Below, piece after piece: positions 1 to 10,293 of a DNA stretch of 64,000 nt. Within the stretch, counting starts at the first letter, position 1, and every line of letters begins with the position of its first letter. The notes beneath the pieces are model-generated. The model did no database searches and was not told where the DNA came from. It saw only the letters and a list, made by a program, of their open reading frames with translations. Both the position numbers and the translations under genes were made by a program. This DNA comes from Clostridia bacterium (GTDB lineage: Bacteria > Bacillota > Clostridia > Oscillospirales > CAG-272), in the NCBI GenBank assembly GCA_017461055.1, contig JAFTZI010000005.1, positions 2,557-66,556 on the forward strand, given 5' to 3'.

Positions 1-1584
1 TACGTCACCGTAATACCAGCCTGCGAAAATATACTTTTCTCTTGTTGGCTCTGAAATAGTATATTCCTCACCCAACTGAACTCTTAGTGTTTCTGTATCA
101 CACTGACCGCCATTAGCATCAAGTGTAACATTTACATATTTATCCCATTTAGCATAAAGAGTGATGTCCATGCCAACCATATCACTTGTAATATGGGTAA
201 TTTTGTACTCATCTGCCAAGCTTGGATTTGTATACCATCCAACAAATTCATGGTTATTATCAAATGTTGGAGGCAACAACTCAATATTTCCATCCTCTAT
301 GTCAAATGATGTTGGGTTGTTAGCATTATTTTCAGCGCCAACGCCGTTTAAAACATATTCAATTTTGTTTTGACGCGGAATCCAGCTTGCAGTAAGCACT
401 ACATCCTCGGAAATTGACCAAACACCACTATTTTTGATTTTGTTCTCACCATTATACCAACCATCAAAAATATAGTTTTCTCTGGTTAGATTGTCAGGAA
501 GAACGTAAGCATTACCTACTGTGAACAAATCTGCGGTTTTGTCTAATTCCCCGCCATTAGCGTCGTATGTAACATTTGAATCAATACGCCATTGAGGATA
601 CAACACAAGAGTGTGATTTTCACCGATTGTTTCAACAAGCTCAATATCAATTGACTCAATAATGTTTTTACCCATTTCATCTGTGCTCCATCCGATAAAG
701 ACAAAGTTAGAGGATTTGTGAGTTGGGTTTTTAAGAACTATTTCAAATTCTCCACTGTCAGTTACAATAGTAAATGTATTAACATTTTCAGAACTGTTTG
801 TGATAGACTCTTTGTCGTGAATTACGTACTGAATTGCATACTTAATAGGCTCAAAAACAGCAACTATTTCAATTTCAGTTTCATTATAATCGTAAGGCTT
901 TGTTACGTCAAAGCTAATGTCTCCGTACTTCCAGCCGGCAAATTCGTATCCAAATTTACTTGGAACGGTAATTTCGCTTGGAACAGTACCAAACACAAGC
1001 TCGTATCTGGTCTTTTCTCCGTCAACATTAGTTGTAATAGCGCAATCGTAAGGTGTCCAAATGGCATTGATTGTAACATCTGAATTAACAGGTGTTTTAA
1101 AATCGTAATCCCAGCTTAAGCTATAACCTGCTCTATCAGCATTTGGAGCGGTAACAACTGTACCTTCCTCTACAACAACTGTGTTGTTAGCCATTACGCC
1201 ACCGTTTACATTGTATGTTACAGTAACCATTTTCTTTCTGTAAATGTTAAATGTATAGGTGCTTTCGAACTCGTTATCATCAGTAACCTTAACATAAATA
1301 AGGTTGTCACCGGGATTTAAGCTGATTTTGCCATCGCTAAATGTCTCGGAAAAGCTTTCATTTTTTGATAAGATATAAGAAGCATCCTCATTAAAAGTGA
1401 TTTTTGACAATAAATCAAACTCGCTTGTTGAATTTGGTACTATCACCTTGAAAACACCGTTTTCAGCTAAAAACCCCTGTGTTTCAATACCGGTTTTATC
1501 AGTATCATCGCCACAGGAAACAATAGCTAATGACATTACCAAGACAGCAAGTACAGCTATTATGCAAAATAAACCTTTTTTCAT
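1..1584 (-). CDS. Surface lipoprotein with Listeria-Bacteroides (InlB B / Flg_new) repeats; its 3' end runs off the window
   Basis: Absent from the ORF track because there is no stop in the window. ATG at 1584-1582 is preceded by AAGGAG. Translation starts MKKGLFCIIAVLAVLVMSLAIVSCGDD (signal peptide plus lipobox IVSC). The frame stays open to nt 1. Hand translation shows repeated VTY(D/N)xNGG...(Y/F)xFxGW modules. Confidence 0.75.
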   Translation of the reverse strand, partial: MKKGLFCIIAVLAVLVMSLAIVSCGDDTDKTGIETQGFLAENGVFKVIVPNSTSEFDLLSKITFNEDASYILSKNESFSETFSDGKISLNPGDNLIYVKVTDDNEFESTYTFNIYRKKMVTVTYNVNGGVMANNTVVVEEGTVVTAPNADRAGYSLSWDYDFKTPVNSDVTINAIWTPYDCAITTNVDGEKTRYELVFGTVPSEITVPSKFGYEFAGWKYGDISFDVTKPYDYNETEIEIVAVFEPIKYAIQYVIHDKESITNSSENVNTFTIVTDSGEFEIVLKNPTHKSSNFVFIGWSTDEMGKNIIESIDIELVETIGENHTLVLYPQWRIDSNVTYDANGGELDKTADLFTVGNAYVLPDNLTRENYIFDGWYNGENKIKNSGVWSISEDVVLTASWIPRQNKIEYVLNGVGAENNANNPTSFDIEDGNIELLPPTFDNNHEFVGWYTNPSLADEYKITHITSDMVGMDITLYAKWDKYVNVTLDANGGQCDTETLRVQLGEEYTISEPTREKYIFAGWYYGDV

Positions 1585-1620
1585 TTTTTACTCCTTGATT
1601 TTGTTTTATTTACAGAAATA

Positions 1621-1649
1621 ATTTTATCACATATATTTGTTTTTGTCAA
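1621..1649 (-). promoter_or_regulatory. Sigma-A-type promoter of the lipoprotein gene
   Basis: Minus strand: TTGACA (1649-1644), 17-nt spacer, TGaTAAAAT extended -10 (hexamer 1626-1621). Confidence 0.45.
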
Positions 1650-1660
1650 GGAGTAAAGGT

Positions 1661-2746
1661 TTATAATATGTTACTTAATAAATTATATATAGTTTTGTTG
1701 GCATCTTTTTTTGAGTATTCTCCTATATTACTTTCAAGCAGTTCTCTTTCTCTCTCATTTTCAATTAAGCCTTTTACTACGTCAATTAATGTATATAGCT
1801 TATCTTCGGTAATGAGAATTGCAGCACCTGATGCTTCCAATGCCTTAGCATTTAAGTATTGATGATTGTTGGTAACATTTGGTGACGGCACTAAAATTGA
1901 AGCTTTTTTACAATGTGCAAGCTCAGATATTGTCATTGCCCCTGCGCGCGAAATTACTAAATCGGAACTTGACATAATTTCAGGAATATTCTTTATATAA
2001 TCGGTGACAATCAAATTTTTAACATTATTCAAATCTCTTTTTGAAATCATATCTATCACATTGTTATATTCGTTTTTTCCTGTTGACCAAATTAACAATA
2101 TATCTTTCCTGTATCTGACAAAGTTGTCGACAAGCTCAATTGCCGCATTATTTAACCGTTGTGCTCCCAAAGAACCGCCTATACACAAAACTACGTATTT
2201 TTCTCTAATTCCTAAGCTTTTTTTGATTCTTTCCTTGCTTTCGTGTTCAAATCCGTTTCTTATTGGGTTTCCAACATGTAAAAGCTTATCCTTTTTCTTA
2301 AAATACTTTTCGCTTTCAGAAAAGTTAAGCAATATTTTGTCGGCTTTGCTTTGCAAAGTAAGAATAGCCTTGCCCGGTATAACATTTGATTCGTGCAATA
2401 TTACCGGAATTCCTAATTTTTTCGCAGCAATTACAACGGGCACCGTTGCGTAGCCACCTGTTCCAAATACTATATCGGGACGAAACTCGTTAATTATTTG
2501 CTTGCTTTTCTCAATCGCTTTAATTTGTTTCTTTAAAAAAGAAAAATTTTTAAGAGTTAGCCTTCTTTTAAAACCTATTACATCTATTTGATATTTTTTA
2601 AACGATACCAACTGATTTTCTATTCCATTCAAGGTAACCACATATGCCACCTTGTTTTCAGTTGAATTGCGCATTACCGTTTGTGCTACTGCAATTGCCG
2701 GATTTACATGCCCTGCTGTACCGCCACCGCAAAATAAAACTCTCAC
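1661..2746 (-). CDS. murG: UDP-GlcNAc:lipid I N-acetylglucosaminyltransferase MurG
   Basis: N-terminus MRVLFCGGGTAGHVNPAIAV. GTG start overlaps the ftsW stop by 4 nt. Sits in dcw synteny. Confidence 0.95.
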   Translation of the reverse strand: MRVLFCGGGTAGHVNPAIAVAQTVMRNSTENKVAYVVTLNGIENQLVSFKKYQIDVIGFKRRLTLKNFSFLKKQIKAIEKSKQIINEFRPDIVFGTGGYATVPVVIAAKKLGIPVILHESNVIPGKAILTLQSKADKILLNFSESEKYFKKKDKLLHVGNPIRNGFEHESKERIKKSLGIREKYVVLCIGGSLGAQRLNNAAIELVDNFVRYRKDILLIWSTGKNEYNNVIDMISKRDLNNVKNLIVTDYIKNIPEIMSSSDLVISRAGAMTISELAHCKKASILVPSPNVTNNHQYLNAKALEASGAAILITEDKLYTLIDVVKGLIENERERELLESNIGEYSKKDANKTIYNLLSNIL

Positions 2747-3894
2747 CTCTTACACCTTGCCCTTCTTGAAATTGATAATAATATGCCCATTTCTGCAAGT
2801 AGTATTACAAGAGAGCTACCGCCATAAGAAAAAAACGGTAATGAAATTCCTGTATTTGGGATTAAATCCGAGACAACAGCCATATTTAAAAACGCTTGTA
2901 TACCAATTTGGCTTGTAATTCCAAATGCAGTTATTGATGAGAACATATCATCGCTTCCCAGCGCGATTTTATACCCTCTTTGAATAAGAAGAAAAAACAG
3001 TGCTATTACTAAAATTGCGCCAATATACCCAGTTTCTTCACACCAAATAGTAAAAATAAAATCATTTTGAGGCTCGGAAACATAGCTGTATTTTTGAATA
3101 CTGTTGCCTATTCCTCTTCCCCAAAGTCCTCCTGAACCAATAGCATATAGGCCCTGTGTTGTCTGCCATTTATCACTAAGTATATCCGCATTAGGATTTA
3201 AAAAGGACTCTATTCTTTTCATAGCATAATCGTTAGTTAATAAAAACACAGAAGCTCCCGCAAGACCTGTTATACCATAAGCTAATAACATCTTTTTTAT
3301 GCTTGTACCGCAAATAAACAGTATACTTAAGCCAATCATTGCCAGAATTATTGTGCCTGACAAATGCTTTTCCAACAAAACCAAGCCACACGCTAAAAAC
3401 AAAAATACTCCCGGCAAAATAATTTCATTCTTAAAGCTTTTTTTGGACTCTTTGATTTTGTTTAACCACCATCCCAGCATAAGGATAATTCCTAATTTCA
3501 TTAATTCAGATGGCTGAAAGCTTAAGGGTGTTCCCGGTATTCCGAGCCAGCGCTTTGCAAGCCCCTCCGAAAAGCCACCGATTAATACCAAAACAAGCAA
3601 TAAAATGCAAACAATATAGAATATAGGTGCAATTTTTTTAAGAATTTGTATGTTTAAACGACTCATAACATACATTGCAATCAATCCAATTGCCAAAAAT
3701 ACGGCTTGCCGTTTCAAATAATAATATCCATCTCCGTAATGCGATAAGGCATAGGGATAGCTTGCACTAAAAACCATAATTGTACCTAAGGTCAGCAGGC
3801 AAATTGTAAGAAATAACAGTTTTTTGTCAACCTTGCTTTTTGAATTATTTTTTGTTGCTTCTCTTATTTTTCCATTATTGATAAGAGCTCTCAT
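2743..3894 (-). CDS. ftsW: SEDS-family lipid II polymerase/flippase-like protein FtsW/SpoVE
   Basis: Polytopic membrane protein with the C-terminal motif SLPFFSYGGSS. Lies between mraY and murG. Confidence 0.9.
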   Translation of the reverse strand: MRALINNGKIREATKNNSKSKVDKKLLFLTICLLTLGTIMVFSASYPYALSHYGDGYYYLKRQAVFLAIGLIAMYVMSRLNIQILKKIAPIFYIVCILLLVLVLIGGFSEGLAKRWLGIPGTPLSFQPSELMKLGIILMLGWWLNKIKESKKSFKNEIILPGVFLFLACGLVLLEKHLSGTIILAMIGLSILFICGTSIKKMLLAYGITGLAGASVFLLTNDYAMKRIESFLNPNADILSDKWQTTQGLYAIGSGGLWGRGIGNSIQKYSYVSEPQNDFIFTIWCEETGYIGAILVIALFFLLIQRGYKIALGSDDMFSSITAFGITSQIGIQAFLNMAVVSDLIPNTGISLPFFSYGGSSLVILLAEMGILLSISRRARCKR

Positions 3895-3895
3895 A

Positions 3896-4891
3896 TTATT
3901 CCAATCCTAAAAAAGCAATTACGCAAAACATCGCATTTATTATGCCAAAAATCGCTACGATTTTCATTTCACTATATCCGCTTTTTTCTAAATGATGATG
4001 GAGCGGTGCCATTTTAAAAAGTCTCTTTCCTTTAGTTAGCTTGAAGTATAACACCTGTAAAATGTCAGATACAGCCTCTATCATAAATATAAAACCGTAT
4101 AAGACTACTATCAAAGGATTGTTAAATATAAAGGCTGTACCTACTACAATAGAACCTAAAAACAACGAACCAGTGTCACCCATAAATATTTTAGCAGGGT
4201 GAAGATTAAAAATCAAAAATCCAAGTGTTGAACCAATTAAAATTGCTCCAAAGAATACTGCAGCATTGCTTTCTGATTTCAAAAATCCCACAAAGCTCAA
4301 AAATACTCCAACCGTTAATACACAGGTTGATGCCAATCCGTCTATTCCATCTGTTAAATTTACTGCATTAACTGTTCCGCATAACAGAAAAAAAGATATA
4401 ACGTAATAAAAAATCCCTAAATCTATTTGTAAATCTGTAAACGGTATTTCAACAGCTGTCGATAAGCCTACCGTTATTTTCATTGATATCAAGAAAAGCC
4501 CAGCCAAAATCCCTTGAAAGGCAAGCTTGGCTTTTGGTGTAAGACCTTCATTTTTGGATTTCTTGATTTTTGATATATCATCAATTACTCCAACCAAGCA
4601 ATTTAAAAGCCCGTAAACGAAAATGTTAATAATTGTCAATATTTCTCTTTTATCGATTTCACTATTAAATATGGGCAGTGTTAGTAAAACAGAAACAATG
4701 GCTGCAAACAGAAAGGCAATTCCACCCATTGTCGGTGTTCCTTCCTTCCCCTTATGCCAATTTGGTCCAATTTCAAGAATTGTTTGTCCTATTTTCTTTC
4801 TCGTTAAAACAGGAATAAGCTTCTTAGTAATAACTACCGTTAAAATAAACGTAATAACCAAAGACGTAAAATACATTTTATTATTTATCAT
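3896..4891 (-). CDS. mraY: Phospho-N-acetylmuramoyl-pentapeptide transferase MraY
   Basis: Motifs NAVNLTDGIDGLA and MGDTGSLFLG. dcw synteny. Confidence 0.95.
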   Translation of the reverse strand: MINNKMYFTSLVITFILTVVITKKLIPVLTRKKIGQTILEIGPNWHKGKEGTPTMGGIAFLFAAIVSVLLTLPIFNSEIDKREILTIINIFVYGLLNCLVGVIDDISKIKKSKNEGLTPKAKLAFQGILAGLFLISMKITVGLSTAVEIPFTDLQIDLGIFYYVISFFLLCGTVNAVNLTDGIDGLASTCVLTVGVFLSFVGFLKSESNAAVFFGAILIGSTLGFLIFNLHPAKIFMGDTGSLFLGSIVVGTAFIFNNPLIVVLYGFIFMIEAVSDILQVLYFKLTKGKRLFKMAPLHHHLEKSGYSEMKIVAIFGIINAMFCVIAFLGLE

Positions 4892-6203
4892 TTTTTATTT
4901 CTCTCATTTGTTCAATTATTTTCTCAAAATTTATAGAATTGCTCGCTTTTACCAGCAAAACGTACGTTTGATCCAACTCTGTAGATAGTTTACTCGGAAT
5001 TTCATTAAATTCTTTATACTCCAAGCCACCATTAAACCCTCTTATATAGTATCTTGCAAAGTTCCCGTACACAAATAATTTGTCAATCTTTAACTGCTTA
5101 CACAAGCGTCCTATTTTGAAGTGAAATTTATTTGATTTTTCTCCCAATTCAAGCATATCTCCTAACAAAACTGCAATTCTTTTGTTTTTAAATTGCGCTT
5201 TTATGGAGAAAATTGCGTCTCTCATGCTTTCGTAAGAAGCATTGTAGCAATCACTTAATATTAAAAATTTGTTTACTGCTATAATTGTTCCTCGATTTTT
5301 CTCTTTCTTAAAGTTTTTAAATCCCTCTTTAATTTGATTATCGTCTAACTTAAATAGCCTTCCTATCGAATAAGCAATCAGAGCATTGTTAATATCGTGC
5401 ATGTAAATACTGTCAATTTCTATACTTTTACAGCTGTCAATATCAAATCTTATAGAACTCTCGCACCTATTTATATTTTTCACCTTATGCTTTTTATCAA
5501 TGTAAATTCTTTCAATACCATCATTGTTAAGCTTTTTAAATCTATTTTCATTAGGTAAAATCGCATATTCTTTCACATACTTCAGTAATTCCGTTTTAGC
5601 CTTAAATATGTTTTTCCTACTCCCCAATTTTTCTATGTGCGCTGTACCGCAGTTTGTAATTACACCAACATTCGGCTCGGCTATATATGAAAGCCATTCT
5701 ATTTCACCAAGTGCGCGCATTCCCATTTCTACAACACAAAAATCTTCTTTTTTAATTGATAATAGAGTTAGTGCTGTACCTATTTCATTATTTAAATTTG
5801 CAATTGTTCCGGTTACGGTATATTTAGTTTTAAGTATTGATATGACCATATCTTTAGTTGTAGTTTTTCCATTACTGCCGGTTATAGCAATAATCTTTGT
5901 CTTGCCCTTATGCTTTTTAGCTAAAAGCCCTAAGGCTTTCACAACATTTTCAACATAAATCACTGTAACCGAAGCATTAATTTTTTCTTGCGTTACTATT
6001 AGCCTTGCCCCATTTTTTATGGCTTCATCTATAAAATCTGCTCCGTTAAACCTTTTTCCGTTAATTGCAAAGAAACAAGACGGTGCTTTAGAATGCTCCT
6101 TGGAATTAATTGTTATAGCCTCAATTTTTTCATCTTTTCCAATTAGCTTTCCGTTTATTGCCACAGCTATTTCACTGCATAAGTAATTTATACCTTCAAT
6201 CAA
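4881..6203 (-). CDS. murF: UDP-MurNAc-tripeptide--D-Ala-D-Ala ligase MurF
   Basis: Mur ligase P-loop ITGSNGKTTTK. Position between murE and mraY. Confidence 0.9.
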   Translation of the reverse strand: MIEGINYLCSEIAVAINGKLIGKDEKIEAITINSKEHSKAPSCFFAINGKRFNGADFIDEAIKNGARLIVTQEKINASVTVIYVENVVKALGLLAKKHKGKTKIIAITGSNGKTTTKDMVISILKTKYTVTGTIANLNNEIGTALTLLSIKKEDFCVVEMGMRALGEIEWLSYIAEPNVGVITNCGTAHIEKLGSRKNIFKAKTELLKYVKEYAILPNENRFKKLNNDGIERIYIDKKHKVKNINRCESSIRFDIDSCKSIEIDSIYMHDINNALIAYSIGRLFKLDDNQIKEGFKNFKKEKNRGTIIAVNKFLILSDCYNASYESMRDAIFSIKAQFKNKRIAVLLGDMLELGEKSNKFHFKIGRLCKQLKIDKLFVYGNFARYYIRGFNGGLEYKEFNEIPSKLSTELDQTYVLLVKASNSINFEKIIEQMREIKNDK

Positions 6204-7666
6204 TTTTGAAACACCTCGTCTAACACTTCTCTTTCATCAAAATGCTTTTTCCCGCTTGACGTTATTTCATATGCTTCATGCCCTTTGCCCAACAACAAAA
6301 GAATCTCATCTTTTTTTAATTTTTTCGCAATATATTTGATTGCTTCCTCGCGGTTAACAATCACTGTGTATTTTCTATTAGGTAATACGCCCTTCAAAAT
6401 GTCTGCAATTATTTCCTTTGGGTCTTCACCTCGGGAGTTATCCGATGTTATGACCGTAAAATCAGCAAGCGTTGTGCTTAAATTTCCCATTTCCGACCGT
6501 TTTTCTCTGTCACGCTCCCCACCGCATCCGAACAAAACGGTTAACTTTTTTTGAGGCTCTATTTCTTTAAAAAGCATAATGACTTTTCTCATTGCATCAG
6601 GAGTGTGAGCATAATCTATGTATATATTTTTGTTTTTATACCTCTCTAATCGACCTTTGATTTGATTAATTTCTTCAATGCCCTGCTTGATATATTTATT
6701 ATCTATTCCTAACAGTTTGGCACACGATGCAGCCAACATTGAGTTATATATGTTAAAGTTTCCTAAAGTCTTAGTAGTGATTCGAATGCTTTGGTTTTTA
6801 TAATTCAAGCTATACCTACAGCCTTCTAAATTTACTTTACACTCATTAGCATAAAAATCCGCAAAGTTGTTCAATGAAAAGGTAACCGATTTGTAGGAAT
6901 ATTTTTCGGCAAGCGATTTACCGTACTCATCATCAGCATTAATCACACATAATTTGCTTTTTTTCATTAGCTTTTCTTTGGCGTTAAAATAATCATCTAT
7001 ATTTTTGTGATAATCCATATGCTCACTCGTTAAATTTGTAAATGCACCGATTTCTATTTCAATTCCATCAAGTCTGTTTTGCTCTAATGCGTGAGAGGAA
7101 GCCTCCATAACTACTATTTTTACACCCCTGTTTCTCATTGCGCCGTAAATTGAATACAAGCTTTCCGGGTCAGGTGTAGTCATTGCCGAATTAATATCCG
7201 ATACAGAGCATTCGTTTGTCCGATATATTTTTTCTCCATTTGCTAAGCACTCAATCGTTGAAATTAAGCCGCAAGGAATTTTCGATGATTGCAGAATACT
7301 GTATAAGAAGTATGCACTTGACGTTTTACCGTTAGTTCCGGTTATAGCTACTGTTGTAATATCTTTTGCTGGATTATCATAATAATTCGACCACATTTTG
7401 GCTATTGTACTTCTAACATTATCAACTAATATGTAGGGTATTTTTCCGTCGCAACTATCTTTTTCCTGCGTTACTATCGCTACTGCTCCTTTTTCAAGAG
7501 CTAAGCTTATGTAGTCAGCCCCGTTTCTGTTTTGTCCCTTAATTGCGACAAAAATATAATTCTGCCTTACCTTGCGGTGATCATTGGTTATATATGCAAC
7601 CTCACATTCAAGGTTTGTGTTGGAATTAATAACTTGTATTCCATTGAAAAGCTCACATAATCTCAT
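6200..7666 (-). CDS. murE: UDP-MurNAc-L-Ala-D-Glu--2,6-diaminopimelate (or L-Lys) ligase MurE
   Basis: ITGTNGKTS P-loop and DNSRGEDP near the C-terminus. Overlaps murF by 4 nt. Confidence 0.93.
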   Translation of the reverse strand: MRLCELFNGIQVINSNTNLECEVAYITNDHRKVRQNYIFVAIKGQNRNGADYISLALEKGAVAIVTQEKDSCDGKIPYILVDNVRSTIAKMWSNYYDNPAKDITTVAITGTNGKTSSAYFLYSILQSSKIPCGLISTIECLANGEKIYRTNECSVSDINSAMTTPDPESLYSIYGAMRNRGVKIVVMEASSHALEQNRLDGIEIEIGAFTNLTSEHMDYHKNIDDYFNAKEKLMKKSKLCVINADDEYGKSLAEKYSYKSVTFSLNNFADFYANECKVNLEGCRYSLNYKNQSIRITTKTLGNFNIYNSMLAASCAKLLGIDNKYIKQGIEEINQIKGRLERYKNKNIYIDYAHTPDAMRKVIMLFKEIEPQKKLTVLFGCGGERDREKRSEMGNLSTTLADFTVITSDNSRGEDPKEIIADILKGVLPNRKYTVIVNREEAIKYIAKKLKKDEILLLLGKGHEAYEITSSGKKHFDEREVLDEVFQN

Positions 7667-7668
7667 AA

Positions 7669-9891
7669 CTAATCCTTTTCATCAGTAAACAATACCTTAA
7701 TTGTTATAATAGTGCCTTTGTTCAAGCTTGTGCCTTCGGCATAATTCTGCGAGATAACAATTGCACCTTGACCGTACTTAAAATTGCTTGCTCCCTCTAT
7801 TTTTACATTAAATCCCTTTTCTAGTAAAATCTCATTTGCCTCCTCTACGGTTTTACCAATAACATTTGGTACTGTTGAGGTTCGACTTTCATCCTTACCT
7901 GTATATAAAATTATTTTTCCGTTTTGCTTGTAAATTTTACTGCCTGAATGAGGCATTTGTGAGCTTATTACCTCACCGTTACCGATAATCTCATAATCAA
8001 CCTTGTTTTCTTTCAAAATTTTAATCGCTTCATCTATTTTTTTATCAACCATATCTTCAACTGTATATTGCTCATATTCTTCATTTTCACCGTAGTTTGG
8101 CTCAACGCCCATATAAGGTAAAATTGATTCTAACAGTTTAGAAACATAAGGTGCGGCAACTACGCTACCGTATTTACTGCCAACACTTGGCTCATCAACC
8201 AAAATAATAACTGCTACCTGTGCATCCTCAGACGGTGCATATGCAATACATGAAGAAACTCTATAAGATGTATTTCCGTTTTCATCGTATTTATCCTTTT
8301 TTTCCGACGTTCCTGTCTTTGCAGCAACACTGTAGCCTGCTACGTAAGCATTTTTGGCGCCACCTTCACCGTCTACACCCTCTTTTAAAATTTGGGATAT
8401 TGTTTTCGAAACTTCGCTACTGATAATCTGATTGCTTTTTTGAGTGCTTGCCTCATAAACTATATTTCCGTTGTTATCGACTATGTTTTTAATAAAATGC
8501 GGTGTAACTAAGTAACCGCCATTTGCTACTGCACTAATAGCTCTGATTTGTTGTATAGCAGTTGTTTTAAAGGTTTGACCAAATGAATACACTGCAAGAG
8601 AAACGTTTGAAAAATCAGAAAACTGATGATAGTAACCATTAGATTCAGACGGTAGATCTACTCCGGTTTTAGTTGTATATCCAAACCTTTGAAAATAGTT
8701 GTAAAATTTTTCTTTGCCAATATTAAAAGCAAGCTTCATCATTGAAGGGTTGCAGGACTGTTGAAGCGCTTCTGCAAACGTAATAGTTCCATGACCTGTC
8801 CTTTTATGACAGCTTATTGCTCTGTAAAAGCCATCTACCTTTAATGCTCCCGTGCAAGTAAAGCTACTACTCAGTGATGCAGCTTTTTCCTGAAGCGCTA
8901 CTGAGGTGGTAATTAACTTAAATGTAGAGCCCGGCTCATAAAGCTCAGTTACAGCTTTATTATTCCACATTTTAAACAATAGATTTAAGTATTCATTTTT
9001 ATATTCGGCAGTGCCCTTTTCGTATTTATCAAGCTGTTTTTGTGAATCCGGATCCAAGGTATATGGGTCATTTAAATCAAAGCTTGGATATACTGCCATT
9101 GCATATACTTCACCTGTTTGAGGATTCATTACTATTCCTGCCGCTCTGTTTTGAGCCCCTGACTCAATGGCAGCTGTTTTCAGCTGTAGCTCTAACTGAT
9201 ATTGAATGTACAAATCAATCGTTGTTGTAAGATTATAACCATTCTCATCTTCAATATATTCTTCGAATTGAAATGGCATATCCCCACCCTGTGCATTTTG
9301 CGCAGTTATATACTTTCCTGTCGTTCCCTCTAACACATTATTGTATGTCTTTTCCAACCCATAAATCCCCACTCCATCGGCATTAACAAAGCCAAGTGCA
9401 TGTGATGATAAGGTAGAAAAGGGATAATACCTCTCTGTGCTTGCTTTTAATTGGATTTGTTCAGTCAAATTATTATCGTCAATAAAAGCTCGTATTTTCT
9501 TAACAACTTCATCATCCAAATCAGTATCAATAATTTGATATTTATAACCGATTTTTTTAGCTTTATCTAAAATCAAGTCATAATTTATGCCTAATATTTC
9601 AGATAAGCCTTGTGCAATTTTACTTGGCTCTTTTATATTTTGGGGTAAAAGATATAATACCCAAACCGTTTTGTTATTAGCCAAAATCTGTCCGTTTCTA
9701 TCGTAAATGATTCCTCTGTTTGGGTTTACGTTTGTTTCAACCGTTAATTGATCGATCACCTCGTTTTGATACTCATCATAACCCAATATTTGCAACTTAA
9801 AAAGCTCTGCAACAATTAATGAAGCTATCAATGCAAATACAACAAGCATAATTACACTTCTTTTTATCATCTTTGTAGTTAATTTATCCAT
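7669..9891 (-). CDS. Class B penicillin-binding protein (PBP2B/SpoVD type) with two C-terminal PASTA domains
   Basis: N-terminal TM anchor. Motifs STFK, SCN and KTGT. Two PASTA-like segments near the C-terminus. Confidence 0.9.
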   Translation of the reverse strand: MDKLTTKMIKRSVIMLVVFALIASLIVAELFKLQILGYDEYQNEVIDQLTVETNVNPNRGIIYDRNGQILANNKTVWVLYLLPQNIKEPSKIAQGLSEILGINYDLILDKAKKIGYKYQIIDTDLDDEVVKKIRAFIDDNNLTEQIQLKASTERYYPFSTLSSHALGFVNADGVGIYGLEKTYNNVLEGTTGKYITAQNAQGGDMPFQFEEYIEDENGYNLTTTIDLYIQYQLELQLKTAAIESGAQNRAAGIVMNPQTGEVYAMAVYPSFDLNDPYTLDPDSQKQLDKYEKGTAEYKNEYLNLLFKMWNNKAVTELYEPGSTFKLITTSVALQEKAASLSSSFTCTGALKVDGFYRAISCHKRTGHGTITFAEALQQSCNPSMMKLAFNIGKEKFYNYFQRFGYTTKTGVDLPSESNGYYHQFSDFSNVSLAVYSFGQTFKTTAIQQIRAISAVANGGYLVTPHFIKNIVDNNGNIVYEASTQKSNQIISSEVSKTISQILKEGVDGEGGAKNAYVAGYSVAAKTGTSEKKDKYDENGNTSYRVSSCIAYAPSEDAQVAVIILVDEPSVGSKYGSVVAAPYVSKLLESILPYMGVEPNYGENEEYEQYTVEDMVDKKIDEAIKILKENKVDYEIIGNGEVISSQMPHSGSKIYKQNGKIILYTGKDESRTSTVPNVIGKTVEEANEILLEKGFNVKIEGASNFKYGQGAIVISQNYAEGTSLNKGTIITIKVLFTDEKD

Positions 9892-9971
9892 AAAAATTCC
9901 ACCGTGCTTTTTATTATAAATATATTGACAAAGCCTCGCGGTTATGAATAAAGACTTGGAATGGAATATAT

Positions 9972-10027
9972 AAAAAAATCCACTCGCAATTATGCAGAAC
10001 CTATAAAGGTACGCAATGCAAGTGGAT
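9972..10027 (-). terminator. Long hairpin terminator downstream of the small membrane protein/HIT genes
   Basis: Arms ATCCACTCGCA (9978-9988) and TGCAAGTGGAT (10017-10027). A-run 9972-9978 gives a U-tail on the minus strand. Confidence 0.5.
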
Positions 10028-10053
10028 TGTTTTTCCAGTATAAATCTAAAAAT

Positions 10054-10293
10054 TCAAATATTTGCTACAAATGAAAGTATTATTGTTGCAACGGTAAAAA
10101 TAGAGCTTAAAATAGTATACGCAAAAATGCGCCTTCTCTGTTTTTCGATAATAGGCTCTGCCTTCTCATATTGATCTTCTGTAATTAATGAAAAAAATTT
10201 TTTAATTTTAAAATGCATTATTGCGGTTACAAGTGCAAAAAACAAAGCACAACATCCGCAAAGCAAACCAATTATTTGTATAGTATCCATCAT
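10054..10293 (-). CDS. Small two-TM membrane protein, unknown function
   Basis: 79-aa ORF with two hydrophobic segments. Overlaps the HIT gene stop by 4 nt. Confidence 0.5.
   Translation of the reverse strand: MMDTIQIIGLLCGCCALFFALVTAIMHFKIKKFFSLITEDQYEKAEPIIEKQRRRIFAYTILSSIFTVATIILSFVANI

Noticed and set aside
161-1621. Plus-strand ORFs 161-373, 718-1083 and 1397-1621
   Set aside because: They are antisense to the open, repeat-containing lipoprotein frame that spans 1-1584 on the minus strand.
2004-2453. 149-aa plus-strand ORF
   Set aside because: It lies entirely antisense to murG. It has the low-complexity, Leu/Ser/Phe-rich composition typical of the complement of an AT-rich gene, and no RBS.
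5524-5958. 144-aa plus-strand ORF
   Set aside because: Antisense to murF, with no RBS or motif.
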